NCBI GenBank assembly: GCA_030753015.1
Contig: JASMDC010000008.1
Location: forward strand, 47,645 to 111,644
Direction of reading: 5' to 3'
Source: Candidatus Undinarchaeales archaeon
GTDB lineage: Archaea; SpSt-1190; JASMDC01
DNA length: 64,000 nucleotides
In this document: positions 1 through 10,510 of the stretch, one piece after another
Position numbering within the stretch: position 1 is the first letter of the stretch
Layout: each line of letters starts with the position of its first letter
The notes under the pieces: model-generated
Database searches by the model: none
What the model was told of the DNA's origin: nothing
Seen by the model: only the letters and a program-made list of their open reading frames with translations
Program-made: the position numbers and the translations under genes

Positions 1-2321
1 GCGTCCTCGTCATCGCAAACACCCAATCTGAACCTGACGGTCGTATCGTCCACGGTAACGAGCTCGTCGTTCGTGCACGGACAGCCGTACATGCACCCAT
101 CGTCGAGGTCGCCCTCCATCCCACGAGGTACAGGCTCATCTATCGCTGCATCCCTGAGATTCAGGTAACCATGTGCTGACGTAGGTGTCCCCCCTCCCAT
201 TCGGACCGTCATTGTACCGTGTCCCCGGACCAGTACGAGCTTAGATGTCGCGCTGCCGGGATCATCATCCGAGCACGCCGTCGGATCTGTGCCGGTCGAG
301 CCGTGATCTAGCAGAAGGAACCCTTCGATACCTTGAGAGAGCTCCTGTACGCGGACAGTATACGTACCAGCCCCTTCAGAGAACGCAGTATCAGTACTGA
401 AACCCCACCCATGCTCCCGACAGCTTGCAACAGCTCCTGTCGTACCCACGACCCATTCCTCACCGCTCGGTCGTTCGACGACGAGACGATAGTCACAACT
501 GTTCCCCGCACCGTCGGTACGTATGCGCAGGCTTACGGTCTCCCCCAGTCCATAGCTGGTACGCGGAGATGTCACTCTGAGGCGCTGCGAGCTGGTAGAT
601 CGGGACACCCTTACCTCTCGCTCGGCTGATGTAGCATTGTCCCCCTCTAGCGAGCATGTGACCCAGACCTTGTACATTCCTGCCTCGCCGGTCTCGAGCG
701 ATATCCGATAGGTCCCGTCCTCCTTGTCAAGGTCCATCTCGAAATGGCCATCGAACGGCTCACCCACGGGTTCTGGCGTCACCTCCCGTAACCAGCATAT
801 GCACGTCCCCTCTATTAATTGGCCTGATTCGGTACCGTACCGTGCTGCAACCTCGATGTCCTCACCCACCGCTATGTTCGGCCCGCGAGGAAGGTCGATG
901 GTAACTGAAGCTTCACAGTCAGCGGGGCACGCGGACGCACTCTCTCCATGCTCGCACATTCCGTTCCCGCATTCAGCGCCTATGCAGTCCTCAGGACATA
1001 AATCGGCGTCCTCGCCCGCTTCGCAATTGTCATTGCCGCACAGGCTCAGATGGAGCTCGCCACCGAGATAACGTACGAGCACCATGTTGCAGGCCGCCTG
1101 GTGCGGTATAACGAAGATCGTTTCGTCGACCTTCGTGTCAGGTGGTCGGATATCTAACTTGATCTTGTGGTCCGTCTGTCCATGGGTCGTGATGATGTGC
1201 TCTTTGGCCGGCGACTGCATTCCTGTCCCCTTCTGGAAGCGCCCAGTGCATTCGGACTGGACCGTGAAGCTCACGCCGACCTCTACATCAGAGATGACAC
1301 GGTACGAAGCGTGGGGCCATACCGGGATGTCACCTAGGTCGCCTTCTTCACCCTCGACCGTTATCATGGCAGGATCACATCCCTCCTCTGGCTCAGCAGT
1401 AACCAGCAGACGATCTTCTCCCTTGTCCACGCGGATGACGCCGCGCTCGAAACAGAACTCTGGATGACTGAAAGAGATGAGCATCGTACCCATGGTGTCA
1501 GGGAGTGGGATGAGGAACTTGCCTAGGACATCGGATGTCCACTTCCTATCGTCCCCCGGAAAGAAGATGGACATGCCTCGGACGGGATCCCCGGTAGCGG
1601 CGTTCACGAACCGTCCGATAAGGCGCATCCCCTCGTGCGGTTCCTCCTCAATCTCGAGAATGGGAGCAGCTATGTCCGGTATACCGTCGACGTCAACATC
1701 CTCGAGCGGTATGGGCGTCTTGCCATATGAGATCAGCTTGGTGAGGTGGCCCGTGCTCCATTCGTTCAAGATATCTGCGATGCACGATCCGGGAAAGCCG
1801 TCGTTGGACGGTACATAGTGGAAGACACGGTCGGCAAGATAGTCCCCTGTGGCGTTGATGATGTAGGCTTCCTCCCCAGTATAGTAGTCGACCTTCTCGG
1901 TACCCACCACACGATAAGCACTCGTGGTCGTGTAGAGCGCACCGTCGTCACCGGTCCTGGTTATCGTATGGTTCCAAACACGCCCCTCGTGGATCGGGAA
2001 CTGAAGGAAGTGGAGGTCCCAGTCCTCGAGCTCCCCATCCTCCTCGATGGCATTCATAGCAAGGTCGAACACACCTATATGATAGACGAGCGTCCTGATC
2101 ATGTCCGGGTTCTTAGGATCGTCCCATACCTTGCATGGGACCAAATAGCTCCTTCCGTAACTGGTGATATCATCAACGTAACAGAGTGTAACCCCGCCGT
2201 CAGTGTGCTGAGAGAGCCAGTAGGTACCAATGACCCATTGAGGCGCGCTGTTGGCGATGGCACGAGCTGAGGGTACCAGCAGTACCAACAGTATGATATA
2301 GAGGATCGAGCGTGCCTTCAT
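1..2321 (-). CDS. Large secreted Cys-rich surface protein (partial, runs off left edge, >770 aa)
   Basis: Not in the ORF track because it has no stop in the window. Manual translation from ATG 2321 gives signal peptide MKARSILYIILLVLLVPSARA, and the frame stays open to position 1. Contains CGNDNCEAGEDADLCPEDC and CGNGMCEHGESASACPADC repeats. TATA-like CTATAAAA upstream. Confidence 0.8.
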   Translation of the reverse strand, partial: MKARSILYIILLVLLVPSARAIANSAPQWVIGTYWLSQHTDGGVTLCYVDDITSYGRSYLVPCKVWDDPKNPDMIRTLVYHIGVFDLAMNAIEEDGELEDWDLHFLQFPIHEGRVWNHTITRTGDDGALYTTTSAYRVVGTEKVDYYTGEEAYIINATGDYLADRVFHYVPSNDGFPGSCIADILNEWSTGHLTKLISYGKTPIPLEDVDVDGIPDIAAPILEIEEEPHEGMRLIGRFVNAATGDPVRGMSIFFPGDDRKWTSDVLGKFLIPLPDTMGTMLISFSHPEFCFERGVIRVDKGEDRLLVTAEPEEGCDPAMITVEGEEGDLGDIPVWPHASYRVISDVEVGVSFTVQSECTGRFQKGTGMQSPAKEHIITTHGQTDHKIKLDIRPPDTKVDETIFVIPHQAACNMVLVRYLGGELHLSLCGNDNCEAGEDADLCPEDCIGAECGNGMCEHGESASACPADCEASVTIDLPRGPNIAVGEDIEVAARYGTESGQLIEGTCICWLREVTPEPVGEPFDGHFEMDLDKEDGTYRISLETGEAGMYKVWVTCSLEGDNATSAEREVRVSRSTSSQRLRVTSPRTSYGLGETVSLRIRTDGAGNSCDYRLVVERPSGEEWVVGTTGAVASCREHGWGFSTDTAFSEGAGTYTVRVQELSQGIEGFLLLDHGSTGTDPTACSDDDPGSATSKLVLVRGHGTMTVRMGGGTPTSAHGYLNLRDAAIDEPVPRGMEGDLDDGCMYGCPCTNDELVTVDDTTVRFRLGVCDDED

Positions 2322-2379
2322 GAGCACTCCCACTACGGAAGAAGGGTGCGCGGCGTTTTATAGTTTGCGCAGTTGGACC

Positions 2380-5300
2380 CTAGTCACGCTTCCTCCCTAG
2401 ATAGGCCCCCGCCAGTGCCAGCAGGGCCAGCGTCTCCACCACACCCGTACCGGGCGCGGTCACCAGATCGGAACCTCCCTTTGAGCCTGAGAGCACCACG
2501 AGGTTGACGGTGAGCGGATTTGCTCGTATCTCTTGCGGAACGGCAGCGGCCGCCTCGATGACGAGGGTTGTGGTACCAACCTTACCTGCGATAAGGGGAA
2601 CCTGGATGACGCGCTGCTCTCCCTTGGCCAGCTTGTACGTGCACGTCTTGACTCCCACGTTCTCACCGCAGTCGAGGGTTATATGAGTGGTAGCCGAGCC
2701 GGACACGCTCAGTGTCACCGCGATCTCGCCCGCGTAGGGGTTCTGGATGTACACCGGGTAGAGGTGCATGGAGCCCACGGTGAGTGCGAGCGACTTGAGT
2801 TGAGCCTCAGGATCGAAGAACGGCAGGTCGTCGACGCACATGGCCCTGAGCGGCGACCAGAACCATCCTGACCGACAGCACCGGCCGACGGCCGTGATGC
2901 AGTTGCCTGAGACGCACTCCCAGTTGTACCGGCAGGCTCCCATGCGGTACCCGCCCACCTTCAGGTTGACCTTGAATGGTATTTTCTGGACCACATCGCG
3001 GCATTCTGCACCGCTCTCCAGGTCGGGATCACCCTTGCACACTGTCGATGAGATCTTGACCGTGAAGTCCGTGGGACCCGACACCGGCAGCACCACGTAC
3101 TTTGAGGACCGAGGCTGGAGGGTGAGGTTGTAGTACTCACCATCCTTGATGACCAAGGGCTTCCCGGCTGCGTTGATGACCTGGATCGACACGGGCATCT
3201 TGAAGTCCGTGGGATTCTTGATGAACACCGGCACATCGATGATCTCTCCGGGGCCCGTGGTGATCACGTTGGCCTTCACGTCCTTGGACCGATCGCACTC
3301 GGCCTTGGACTGCTTGCATGCCTCCGAACTCTCGTCCTCGAAGCAGGCATCGGAGAAGCAGGCGTCCGAGATCGTCGCCTCGAACCCGCCGACGGTGATC
3401 GGGATCTTGTTGACCACCTTGTTGGCATACGTGCCGTCACCCACCTGGTTCTTGCTCTCCACGATGAGCTCGCCCTTCACGGGTCCGCTCACCGGGATGC
3501 GCACGATCTTGGTGGTCCGCGCCTCCACGTGGCAACCGCCGATGGAGGACATGTCGAGGTCGTTGGAGACCTTCGTGCCGTCATCCTTCTCGTACGCGAA
3601 CGAGATGGCGCACTCCATCTCCGAGTCGGCGGTGTTGGACACCACGGCCTCGATGTAGTCCTTGCCGATGGCGGCCTGCTGGATCATCTGGGTGTTCTGG
3701 AAGAACACGCCCTGGCTCTCGCCCTCCTGCACACCGATCGTCTCGCCGGTAGCGAGCTTGGCTGTGATGAAGACGGTGACCTCGCCGACGTCCTCCAGCG
3801 CGGCCTCGAGGTCGGCCGGGGACGCCGGGCACTCACCAGCAACGCAGTGCGCGATGCGCACCTTGAGGTAATAGGTCGCGATACCCTCGCTCGTCACGTT
3901 GAACACGTACTGGTTGTCCGTCTCGGCACCCAGGTCCTTGGGCGGGTCGGGGAGCGTCTTGAGCAGTGCGTGGTCGGTATCGTACACCTCGACCTTCAGG
4001 CCGAGCGGGTAGGTCAGATGGTTGTCGATGCCGTAGTACCGGTACATCGTCGTCTGGTCTTCCTCGAGCGTGTACGTCAGCTCGTCCACGTTCAGAGCAC
4101 ACTTATCGTTCTCGCACGTCACGATGAACGCGAGGTTCGCTACGAGCTCCTGCTTGGCATCGTCGTCTGGTAGGTCATCCTCTGTCACCTCATCGATCGT
4201 TACATCGGTCTCCACCGACGTGGTGATCCAAGAGTCGTAGTAGATGAGCTGAGCGCCTGCGAACACGGCGTACTTGATCTGCAGGTCAGTGATCGAGGTC
4301 ACCGTGAACTCGATGATCCTCGACTCTCCGGGAGCAAGGCCCGAGAGCATTAGGGACGCCAGGGTCTTGACGCCGGTGGACACGTTCACCTCGACGGACA
4401 CTGTGCTGCCCAGCTGGTTGGTGACCTTCAGGTACTTCTTCTTGACCTGGTCGATGTTGGTACGCAGGGCCAGCACGGGCGGTGGTGAGATGCCGTCGAG
4501 CACGAACTCGGTGTCCGGGACGACGCCGTCCACATCGGTGACATCAGCGAGGCTCGTCTGGGCCTCGGGGACGGGCGGCAGCGGTGTGTAGCAGTCCGCA
4601 GGGCACTTGTTGGGACCGGTCTTCTCGTCCTCCTGGCATACACCGTCGGGGCAGGATGCATCGAGACAGTCGGCACACTCGGGGCCCTCGCCCTTCGCTG
4701 GCTCGCAAACGCCGTCACTGTCGCACGACTCGCACACGCCGCAGTCGGACGGGCAGTTCTCGCAGCTCTCGCCCTGGATCATATCGCACACCAGCGAACC
4801 AGTGAGCGGATCAGGGACGCCGCATATGTCGGGTAACTGACAATCGTCGGGTGCTGACTGCCAGCTCTCCCAGTAGTCACAGATGCCGTTGGCGCATACG
4901 ACCTGGTCACCGGCCTGCTCGTCGGTGAGACCGCAGCAGTCGGCGGGGCAGCTGGCCGTGGTCTCACCGCGCTCGTACTGGCAGTTGTGGTCACCGCACA
5001 CGAAGATGGGTGCAAGGCAATCGCGCGGGAGCGGGTCGAGACCAAGCTCGATGAAGTCGCACACGTCGTTGTCCTGGCACTCCTGTGGACAGTCGCCGTC
5101 GGTCAGCGGATCACAGACACCGTTGTCGCACGTGAGCGGGCATGCACCGCAATCGTTAGCGTGGTCGGTGCAGTCCTCGCCCACCTCGCATCCGTTGGCG
5201 TCAGCGATATGGCGAACGACATCGCACTCCTCGCATATACCGCAGTTGGCCGCGCCCCCGCTGACGGTGCAGCACTCGTTGTAGAGGCATTCCGAGATGG

Positions 5301-8300
5301 GGCCGCAGTGGCCGGGGAAGCACGGCGACGGACCGCTGGCCAGCGGTTCCATGCACGTCCCGCCATCGTCGGGAGAGCAGTACCCCTCTATCGAGGAATC
5401 GTCCTTGAAGAGCCGGCAGTCCGAGCCCGCGCCCAGCCAGCTGATCGTGATCTCCTTCGTATCGAAGGTACCCTGAGCGTCGCGGTTCACCTGCTTGCAG
5501 TAGCGCTGCTCGGCGTCACCGGGGAGGACCCGGGTGTGCGTGTCATCGTCGTAGTCCGTGCACTCGCAAAGGTCCTGATACTTGAACTTCAGCGTGAAAC
5601 CGCGGTTGAACGACGACTGCATGAACTGCCAGGTGTTGCACTCTACCTGGTATACCAGGATTCGGTTCTGGCCGGGCCGCAGGGTGTTGGAGACCAATGG
5701 CTCGGCCGACAGTGTGCAGAAGTTGGACTTCCAGCTGGGATCGGGCTCACCGTTCCCGAGATAGAGCTGGTTCTCCCGTGGGTTGTAGTTGAGGATGTAG
5801 TCGTAGAGGTCGAAGCCGTTCTTGAGGTAGGCGATGCCGTCGCCCAGGTTGGTGAGCACCACGCGGATCTTCTGCACCGGCGAGCAGTGTGGCCATTCGT
5901 CATACCCGTCGGGGATGGCTGTGGTCACCGTGGCGCTGGACACGACCACGTCGGCGGAGCGCCAGATGCCCACCTGTCGGGTGCCCTTGTGCTCATCGAG
6001 CGCGTTGAAGAGGAGCAGATCGTATTTGGGCCGCGTCATCTGGTCGGGGCCGAACGATTCGGTTGGTGTGAAGCTGCAATCGCCCTCGCACGAGGTCGCT
6101 CCCTCACCGCAGGTCCCCGTGGTGATCTGACATTCCGGAGATGCGCCATCGTACTGGAACACCTTGTCATCATGGTCGTCACCGTGGCGTAAGGATATCT
6201 TGCGCAGCTCGGTTGTGCACTGACTGGTGAACCTGAAGTAGAGCGGGTCGCCCTTAGCAGGGCAGACGTTCAGGTCGAGGTCCACGGGCGGATCGTATAT
6301 AGCGATCTGGGGCTTCTGGATCTTGATGTAGAACTCCCCGCACTCGCACCGCTCCTCATCGAACGCACATGTAGTTGGATCGCAGGTGATGCTGCCGTCC
6401 TCGTCCACGTCCCGGGCGATAAGTATCTTGTGCTGGCCGAAGGGCGTCGACTCGGGGATCCGGATGGAGCAGGTAGCATCCTTCTTGTACTCCTTACCCG
6501 TACCAGCATTACAGGTCCCCAGCTTGCGGTCGTCGGCGATGCGGTCCAGGTACACCACGGCCTCGGGGCTGGAGCATGTCACAGTGTAGGAGAAAGTGAT
6601 TGTGGCCCCCGGGCACAGCTCGGTGATGGGAGGCGCCTCGGTGAGGGTTATCTGGGGATCGGCCACCTCGAACACGAGGTCGCCCTGTCCTATACGCCAT
6701 CCGTCAGCGGATTTGGCTGTGCCGGCCGAGCCGAACTTGCATATCCCGCTCAGGGTCCCATCGGAGTACTGGTTGCACCCCCAGGCCCGGTCGCCCTCGC
6801 CACCGCAGTCGGGGCATACGAAGTTACCCTGGGTGTCGCACACACGGGTGGCGGTGTCCACGTAGATGGTGTACACGCCAGGTGCCCTGGGGCCGAGATA
6901 GGTCTTTCCTGTGTTGGCACGGTAGTCGATGTCGTTCCCGGGAGCGTGCCCGTACCGACGCCAGACATCGCAGGTCTGGCCGTCCGTTGCCCGCAAATAG
7001 GCGATGACTCCGGGGCTCGAGACGACCGAGTTGCACGAGCTGTCCTTGCAGAGCATGCACTTGCTCGTGGAGAGGTAGTTCTCGGCCTTGCCGCCCATGT
7101 CGATGATGGGTGACTTATGCGGATCGCACACGGGATTGGACCCCGCGAGGTTGATATCACCGCACCGTGATATGCGGCCATAGGAGTTGAAGGAACCGCT
7201 GCTGCGGGCGCCGTTAGAGCATACGAGGTTGTACTGGCTCACAGAGACGTAGAACTGCAGTGCGTCCCCCGGACATATCTGGTTACCCGTCCGCTCAGCG
7301 TCGATGTCGATGTTGATAGCTCCGGAGTAGGAGATACCGGTGCTCTGGGTGGCACCAACGCTGTGGGTGCATGTTGAGCCCGCACAGGTGGCGCCGAGGT
7401 TCACCTTGCAGTTACCGAGCTTGCATTCGAACGTCTCATCGGCGTTCGCCCCGGTGAGCCTGAGCTTCACTGCTTGTGGGCCTGTGGTGGTCTTGGGATT
7501 GATGGCCAGCCGGCACCAGGGATCCGGGTCCTGCTGGATCGTGGAACCGCCGTTCTCGAGCGACGTAGGCCCCGGGCAGGTGCCCTGGAGCTTGTCCCCC
7601 AGGATCACGTCGAAGTAGGTGCCCGGTGGAAAGCACCTGCTCGCGATGTGGAGGTAGAGCGAGGCCGAGAGGCAGGTGTCCGCGGGGAACACGTACAGGT
7701 CGATGCCCTTCTGGGATATCTCGAGGGTGACGCTGTCCGAGTCCTCGTAGTACATCCCGGACTGGGGGGCTTTTGCGACGATGTTGACCGATGTCTTGCT
7801 GAAGTCCGAGGGGAGCTTGAGCTCGACGTACCCGAAGGCGTCCGGGGTCTGTGTCGCACCTATCTGCTGGTCGCCGTCGAACATCTTGACGGCCACATGA
7901 TCGCTACGGACGACACCCTGACCCCATTCGTCGATGACGCGGACCTTGAACCTCACGCCCGTGCACCCGCTCGGCGGGAGCTCGGTGACGGTCAACTTGC
8001 TCACTAGCTTCAGCTCGGTGATGGCCGTGGAATAGCTGCTCTTGAAGGCCACGATCTCGAGGTCGCCCACGAAGTAGGTCATGTCGATGATCGCTTCTGC
8101 GGCGGAGTCCCAGGTGAACCGGCCTACCGCGTCGGTGGTCCCCTGGCTCATGATCTTCTTGGTCTCGGCGTCGCGCACCTCGATGTTCGCTTCCGGGACC
8201 GGATCGTTCGAGCTGGTCACCACGAACGTGACGGTGCCCTTCGGATGGATGGTGGATACCTCTTGGTCCGAGACGTCGAGGACCTTGAGGTCGATGATGG

Positions 8301-9261
8301 GGATGTCGATGGGGATGAACTGCTCCATCTCCTGGAAAGCGCCGAGCTCGTCCTTGGCGAAGGCGACCAGGCGGTAGTTACCGTAGTCGACGTTGTGCAG
8401 TTCGCACTCCATGGCGTCACCGGCAACGGAGCACTGCTCGATCTTCCCTCCCTCCGGATTGTAGAGCGCCAGGGTCTTCTCCACGATCTCGTCTTCTTCG
8501 GGATCATGCCAGGTGATAGCGATATCGAACTTCGTGATGGTATCGCCGCCCGAGGGGGTGGTGTGGACCTCGATGCTCGCATCAGCGGCACGGGGGTGGA
8601 AGTTGGTGATGGCCAGACGGGTACCGGTGCTGTCCCACTCATCCTCGCCCGAGTCGATGAAGATGCCGCAGCCGAGGATGGGTGTGCCCAACGGATCGAA
8701 GCGGAAGTAGAGGAAGTCGTTGTCGATCCGGTCTATGGTCGCCTCCACTCGGTGATCGGCCATGGTCATCTCGCAAATATTGGTGATGGCCTCCGACCCG
8801 CGGAACTCGAACCACTCGTCACCGTTCTCTGGATCACAGTCAAGGGTCGAGTAGTGTGTGTCGCTCGAGCAGAGGGCTACACGGTACTCGGGAGGTGCTG
8901 CGCAGTTGGTGGAAGGATAGTACCAGAGCTCTGCCTTGTGGTTCAGGTAGGTCGTCGTGTTGAACAGCACACGGACGTACTTGGGATTCTGGGAAGGATC
9001 GTGATGCTGTGGTTCGTTGGTGATGCACGCCTCGTTGCGGGTGAACCGCTTCCAGAGGCAGGGATCGTCCCCCTCCACCGTAGCGACAGCACAGGCCGCG
9101 TCGATGATGGTGTCGGTCACATTGTCATCCTCACCGTTCTCGATAAGGACGATGAGCGTATCCTTTGAGCGGACCTCACCCTCGTCCCCCACTGCCGGTA
9201 GCAGTACGAGACCCAGGAGCACGCATGTTATGAACAGGGCATATTTCCGATCAATCGACAT
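2380..9261 (-). CDS. Giant (2293 aa) Cys-rich cell-surface protein with signal peptide, Ig-like segments and PGF-CTERM-like C-terminal anchor
   Basis: N-terminal hydrophobic signal, very many Cys, and a C-terminus APGTG + hydrophobic helix + RKRD. Confidence 0.85.
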   Translation of the reverse strand: MSIDRKYALFITCVLLGLVLLPAVGDEGEVRSKDTLIVLIENGEDDNVTDTIIDAACAVATVEGDDPCLWKRFTRNEACITNEPQHHDPSQNPKYVRVLFNTTTYLNHKAELWYYPSTNCAAPPEYRVALCSSDTHYSTLDCDPENGDEWFEFRGSEAITNICEMTMADHRVEATIDRIDNDFLYFRFDPLGTPILGCGIFIDSGEDEWDSTGTRLAITNFHPRAADASIEVHTTPSGGDTITKFDIAITWHDPEEDEIVEKTLALYNPEGGKIEQCSVAGDAMECELHNVDYGNYRLVAFAKDELGAFQEMEQFIPIDIPIIDLKVLDVSDQEVSTIHPKGTVTFVVTSSNDPVPEANIEVRDAETKKIMSQGTTDAVGRFTWDSAAEAIIDMTYFVGDLEIVAFKSSYSTAITELKLVSKLTVTELPPSGCTGVRFKVRVIDEWGQGVVRSDHVAVKMFDGDQQIGATQTPDAFGYVELKLPSDFSKTSVNIVAKAPQSGMYYEDSDSVTLEISQKGIDLYVFPADTCLSASLYLHIASRCFPPGTYFDVILGDKLQGTCPGPTSLENGGSTIQQDPDPWCRLAINPKTTTGPQAVKLRLTGANADETFECKLGNCKVNLGATCAGSTCTHSVGATQSTGISYSGAINIDIDAERTGNQICPGDALQFYVSVSQYNLVCSNGARSSGSFNSYGRISRCGDINLAGSNPVCDPHKSPIIDMGGKAENYLSTSKCMLCKDSSCNSVVSSPGVIAYLRATDGQTCDVWRRYGHAPGNDIDYRANTGKTYLGPRAPGVYTIYVDTATRVCDTQGNFVCPDCGGEGDRAWGCNQYSDGTLSGICKFGSAGTAKSADGWRIGQGDLVFEVADPQITLTEAPPITELCPGATITFSYTVTCSSPEAVVYLDRIADDRKLGTCNAGTGKEYKKDATCSIRIPESTPFGQHKILIARDVDEDGSITCDPTTCAFDEERCECGEFYIKIQKPQIAIYDPPVDLDLNVCPAKGDPLYFRFTSQCTTELRKISLRHGDDHDDKVFQYDGASPECQITTGTCGEGATSCEGDCSFTPTESFGPDQMTRPKYDLLLFNALDEHKGTRQVGIWRSADVVVSSATVTTAIPDGYDEWPHCSPVQKIRVVLTNLGDGIAYLKNGFDLYDYILNYNPRENQLYLGNGEPDPSWKSNFCTLSAEPLVSNTLRPGQNRILVYQVECNTWQFMQSSFNRGFTLKFKYQDLCECTDYDDDTHTRVLPGDAEQRYCKQVNRDAQGTFDTKEITISWLGAGSDCRLFKDDSSIEGYCSPDDGGTCMEPLASGPSPCFPGHCGPISECLYNECCTVSGGAANCGICEECDVVRHIADANGCEVGEDCTDHANDCGACPLTCDNGVCDPLTDGDCPQECQDNDVCDFIELGLDPLPRDCLAPIFVCGDHNCQYERGETTASCPADCCGLTDEQAGDQVVCANGICDYWESWQSAPDDCQLPDICGVPDPLTGSLVCDMIQGESCENCPSDCGVCESCDSDGVCEPAKGEGPECADCLDASCPDGVCQEDEKTGPNKCPADCYTPLPPVPEAQTSLADVTDVDGVVPDTEFVLDGISPPPVLALRTNIDQVKKKYLKVTNQLGSTVSVEVNVSTGVKTLASLMLSGLAPGESRIIEFTVTSITDLQIKYAVFAGAQLIYYDSWITTSVETDVTIDEVTEDDLPDDDAKQELVANLAFIVTCENDKCALNVDELTYTLEEDQTTMYRYYGIDNHLTYPLGLKVEVYDTDHALLKTLPDPPKDLGAETDNQYVFNVTSEGIATYYLKVRIAHCVAGECPASPADLEAALEDVGEVTVFITAKLATGETIGVQEGESQGVFFQNTQMIQQAAIGKDYIEAVVSNTADSEMECAISFAYEKDDGTKVSNDLDMSSIGGCHVEARTTKIVRIPVSGPVKGELIVESKNQVGDGTYANKVVNKIPITVGGFEATISDACFSDACFEDESSEACKQSKAECDRSKDVKANVITTGPGEIIDVPVFIKNPTDFKMPVSIQVINAAGKPLVIKDGEYYNLTLQPRSSKYVVLPVSGPTDFTVKISSTVCKGDPDLESGAECRDVVQKIPFKVNLKVGGYRMGACRYNWECVSGNCITAVGRCCRSGWFWSPLRAMCVDDLPFFDPEAQLKSLALTVGSMHLYPVYIQNPYAGEIAVTLSVSGSATTHITLDCGENVGVKTCTYKLAKGEQRVIQVPLIAGKVGTTTLVIEAAAAVPQEIRANPLTVNLVVLSGSKGGSDLVTAPGTGVVETLALLALAGAYLGRKRD
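4590..5330 (-). repeat. Tandem Cys-rich CxxGxCxxxE..CPxDC repeats within the giant protein
   Basis: CDNGVCDPLTDGDCPQEC, CGDHNCQYERGETTASCPADC, CANGICDYWESWQSAPDDC, CDSDGVCEPAKGEGPECADC, CPDGVCQEDEKTGPNKCPADC. Boundaries approximate. Confidence 0.75.
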
Positions 9262-9356
9262 AGTACTACCTCCCCTGCATTATCAGTACGCCGTGTCGTT
9301 TTTATAGCTTGGGAAAGGCTGATGGGATCGCTCATTCTGCCAGGGTATGCTCGGAC

Positions 9357-9866
9357 CTATACTGCATGGTCGACTGCGTCAAGCACTTCGAGAAGGTCAT
9401 CGATATCGCCGCCCATGAGAAGGCATCCCGCTCCTATATCGGACACGTCATTGATGTTGAACGAACTGTCATCGACGAACAGGCACTCCTCGGGCCGCAC
9501 CTCGATGCCGTCCCTGGCGAGATCGCGGAGCATGGTCCGCACGGAACCGCCCTTGGGCCGCCAGCATATGCTCAGCCGTACGAATGAATCGCGCAGGTCC
9601 CATCCGTCCAGCGCCGCGAGCACGGGTGGTTCGTCGTTGTGGGTCACAAGACCTATGAGCACATCGCGCTCCTGCAGTCCTGTCAGGAGCTCGCGGGCAC
9701 CAGGGCGGAGAGCGATGGTGGCGCCCCTGGTGTCCTCCAGGGTATCGGCGTCACGTCGTCGAAGTGGTGGACGGAGCAGCGATGCGTAGTCTGCGCCCCG
9801 GCAGGTCCAGAGCGTCTCGTCACCGTCCAGGAGCACAAGTCGGCATGTCACGGACACCACTACCAC
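9357..9866 (-). CDS. Magnesium-dependent phosphatase-1 family HAD (subfamily IIIC)
   Basis: LLDGDETLW motif I, THN motif, and FVDD...N motif. Confidence 0.8.
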   Translation of the reverse strand: MVVVSVTCRLVLLDGDETLWTCRGADYASLLRPPLRRRDADTLEDTRGATIALRPGARELLTGLQERDVLIGLVTHNDEPPVLAALDGWDLRDSFVRLSICWRPKGGSVRTMLRDLARDGIEVRPEECLFVDDSSFNINDVSDIGAGCLLMGGDIDDLLEVLDAVDHAV

Positions 9867-9917
9867 TTGAAAGGTTTTTTAATCCTAGCCTGTCTAGTAT
9901 AATAGCAGGTGGTATTC

Positions 9918-10481
9918 ATGGGGGGCAAGCCGCAGGATGACGAGGGTGTGGAATTCTACCGCCGCATGTCCCAGAAGCGGCCCGACTACGCCCACACATG
10001 GTACCGTCAGGGGAACACGCATGCCCTCAACGAGGAGTATCAGAAGGCCATCGACTGCTATATGAAGGCCTTAGAGACGCGTCCCGACCACGTCAATGCC
10101 CTCAACAACATCGGTAACGCCTACATGGCCAAGAATCTGTACAAGCAGGCGATCGACTACTATCGTAAGGCCCTCGAGCTCAATCCCCTGGACGAGCTGG
10201 CGTGGGGGAACCGGGGCATCGCTCATGGCTACCTTGGCGAGTTCAAGGAAGCCATCCACTGCTTTGAACAAGCCCTGAAGCTCAACGATGAGAACGTCAA
10301 GGTCCTTAGCAATATGGGCATCACCTACTTCAACAAGGGTGAGAATAGCGAGGCGAGGAAGTGCTTTAGCAAGGTGCTTGAGCTAAATCCTGATGACGAA
10401 CTCGCCCTCTCATGCCTGGCGCGTATGAACGAGAAGGCCGAGGACTCGAAGCGAGGCCTCATCAGCAGGTTCTTCGGCTAG
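9918..10481 (+). CDS. TPR repeat protein
   Basis: About four 34-aa TPR units (AIDCYMKALETRP, AIDYYRKALELNP and similar). Confidence 0.9.
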   Translation: MGGKPQDDEGVEFYRRMSQKRPDYAHTWYRQGNTHALNEEYQKAIDCYMKALETRPDHVNALNNIGNAYMAKNLYKQAIDYYRKALELNPLDELAWGNRGIAHGYLGEFKEAIHCFEQALKLNDENVKVLSNMGITYFNKGENSEARKCFSKVLELNPDDELALSCLARMNEKAEDSKRGLISRFFG

Positions 10482-10510
10482 TGGATACTGTTCATCGTGA
10501 CGAGAGATCC

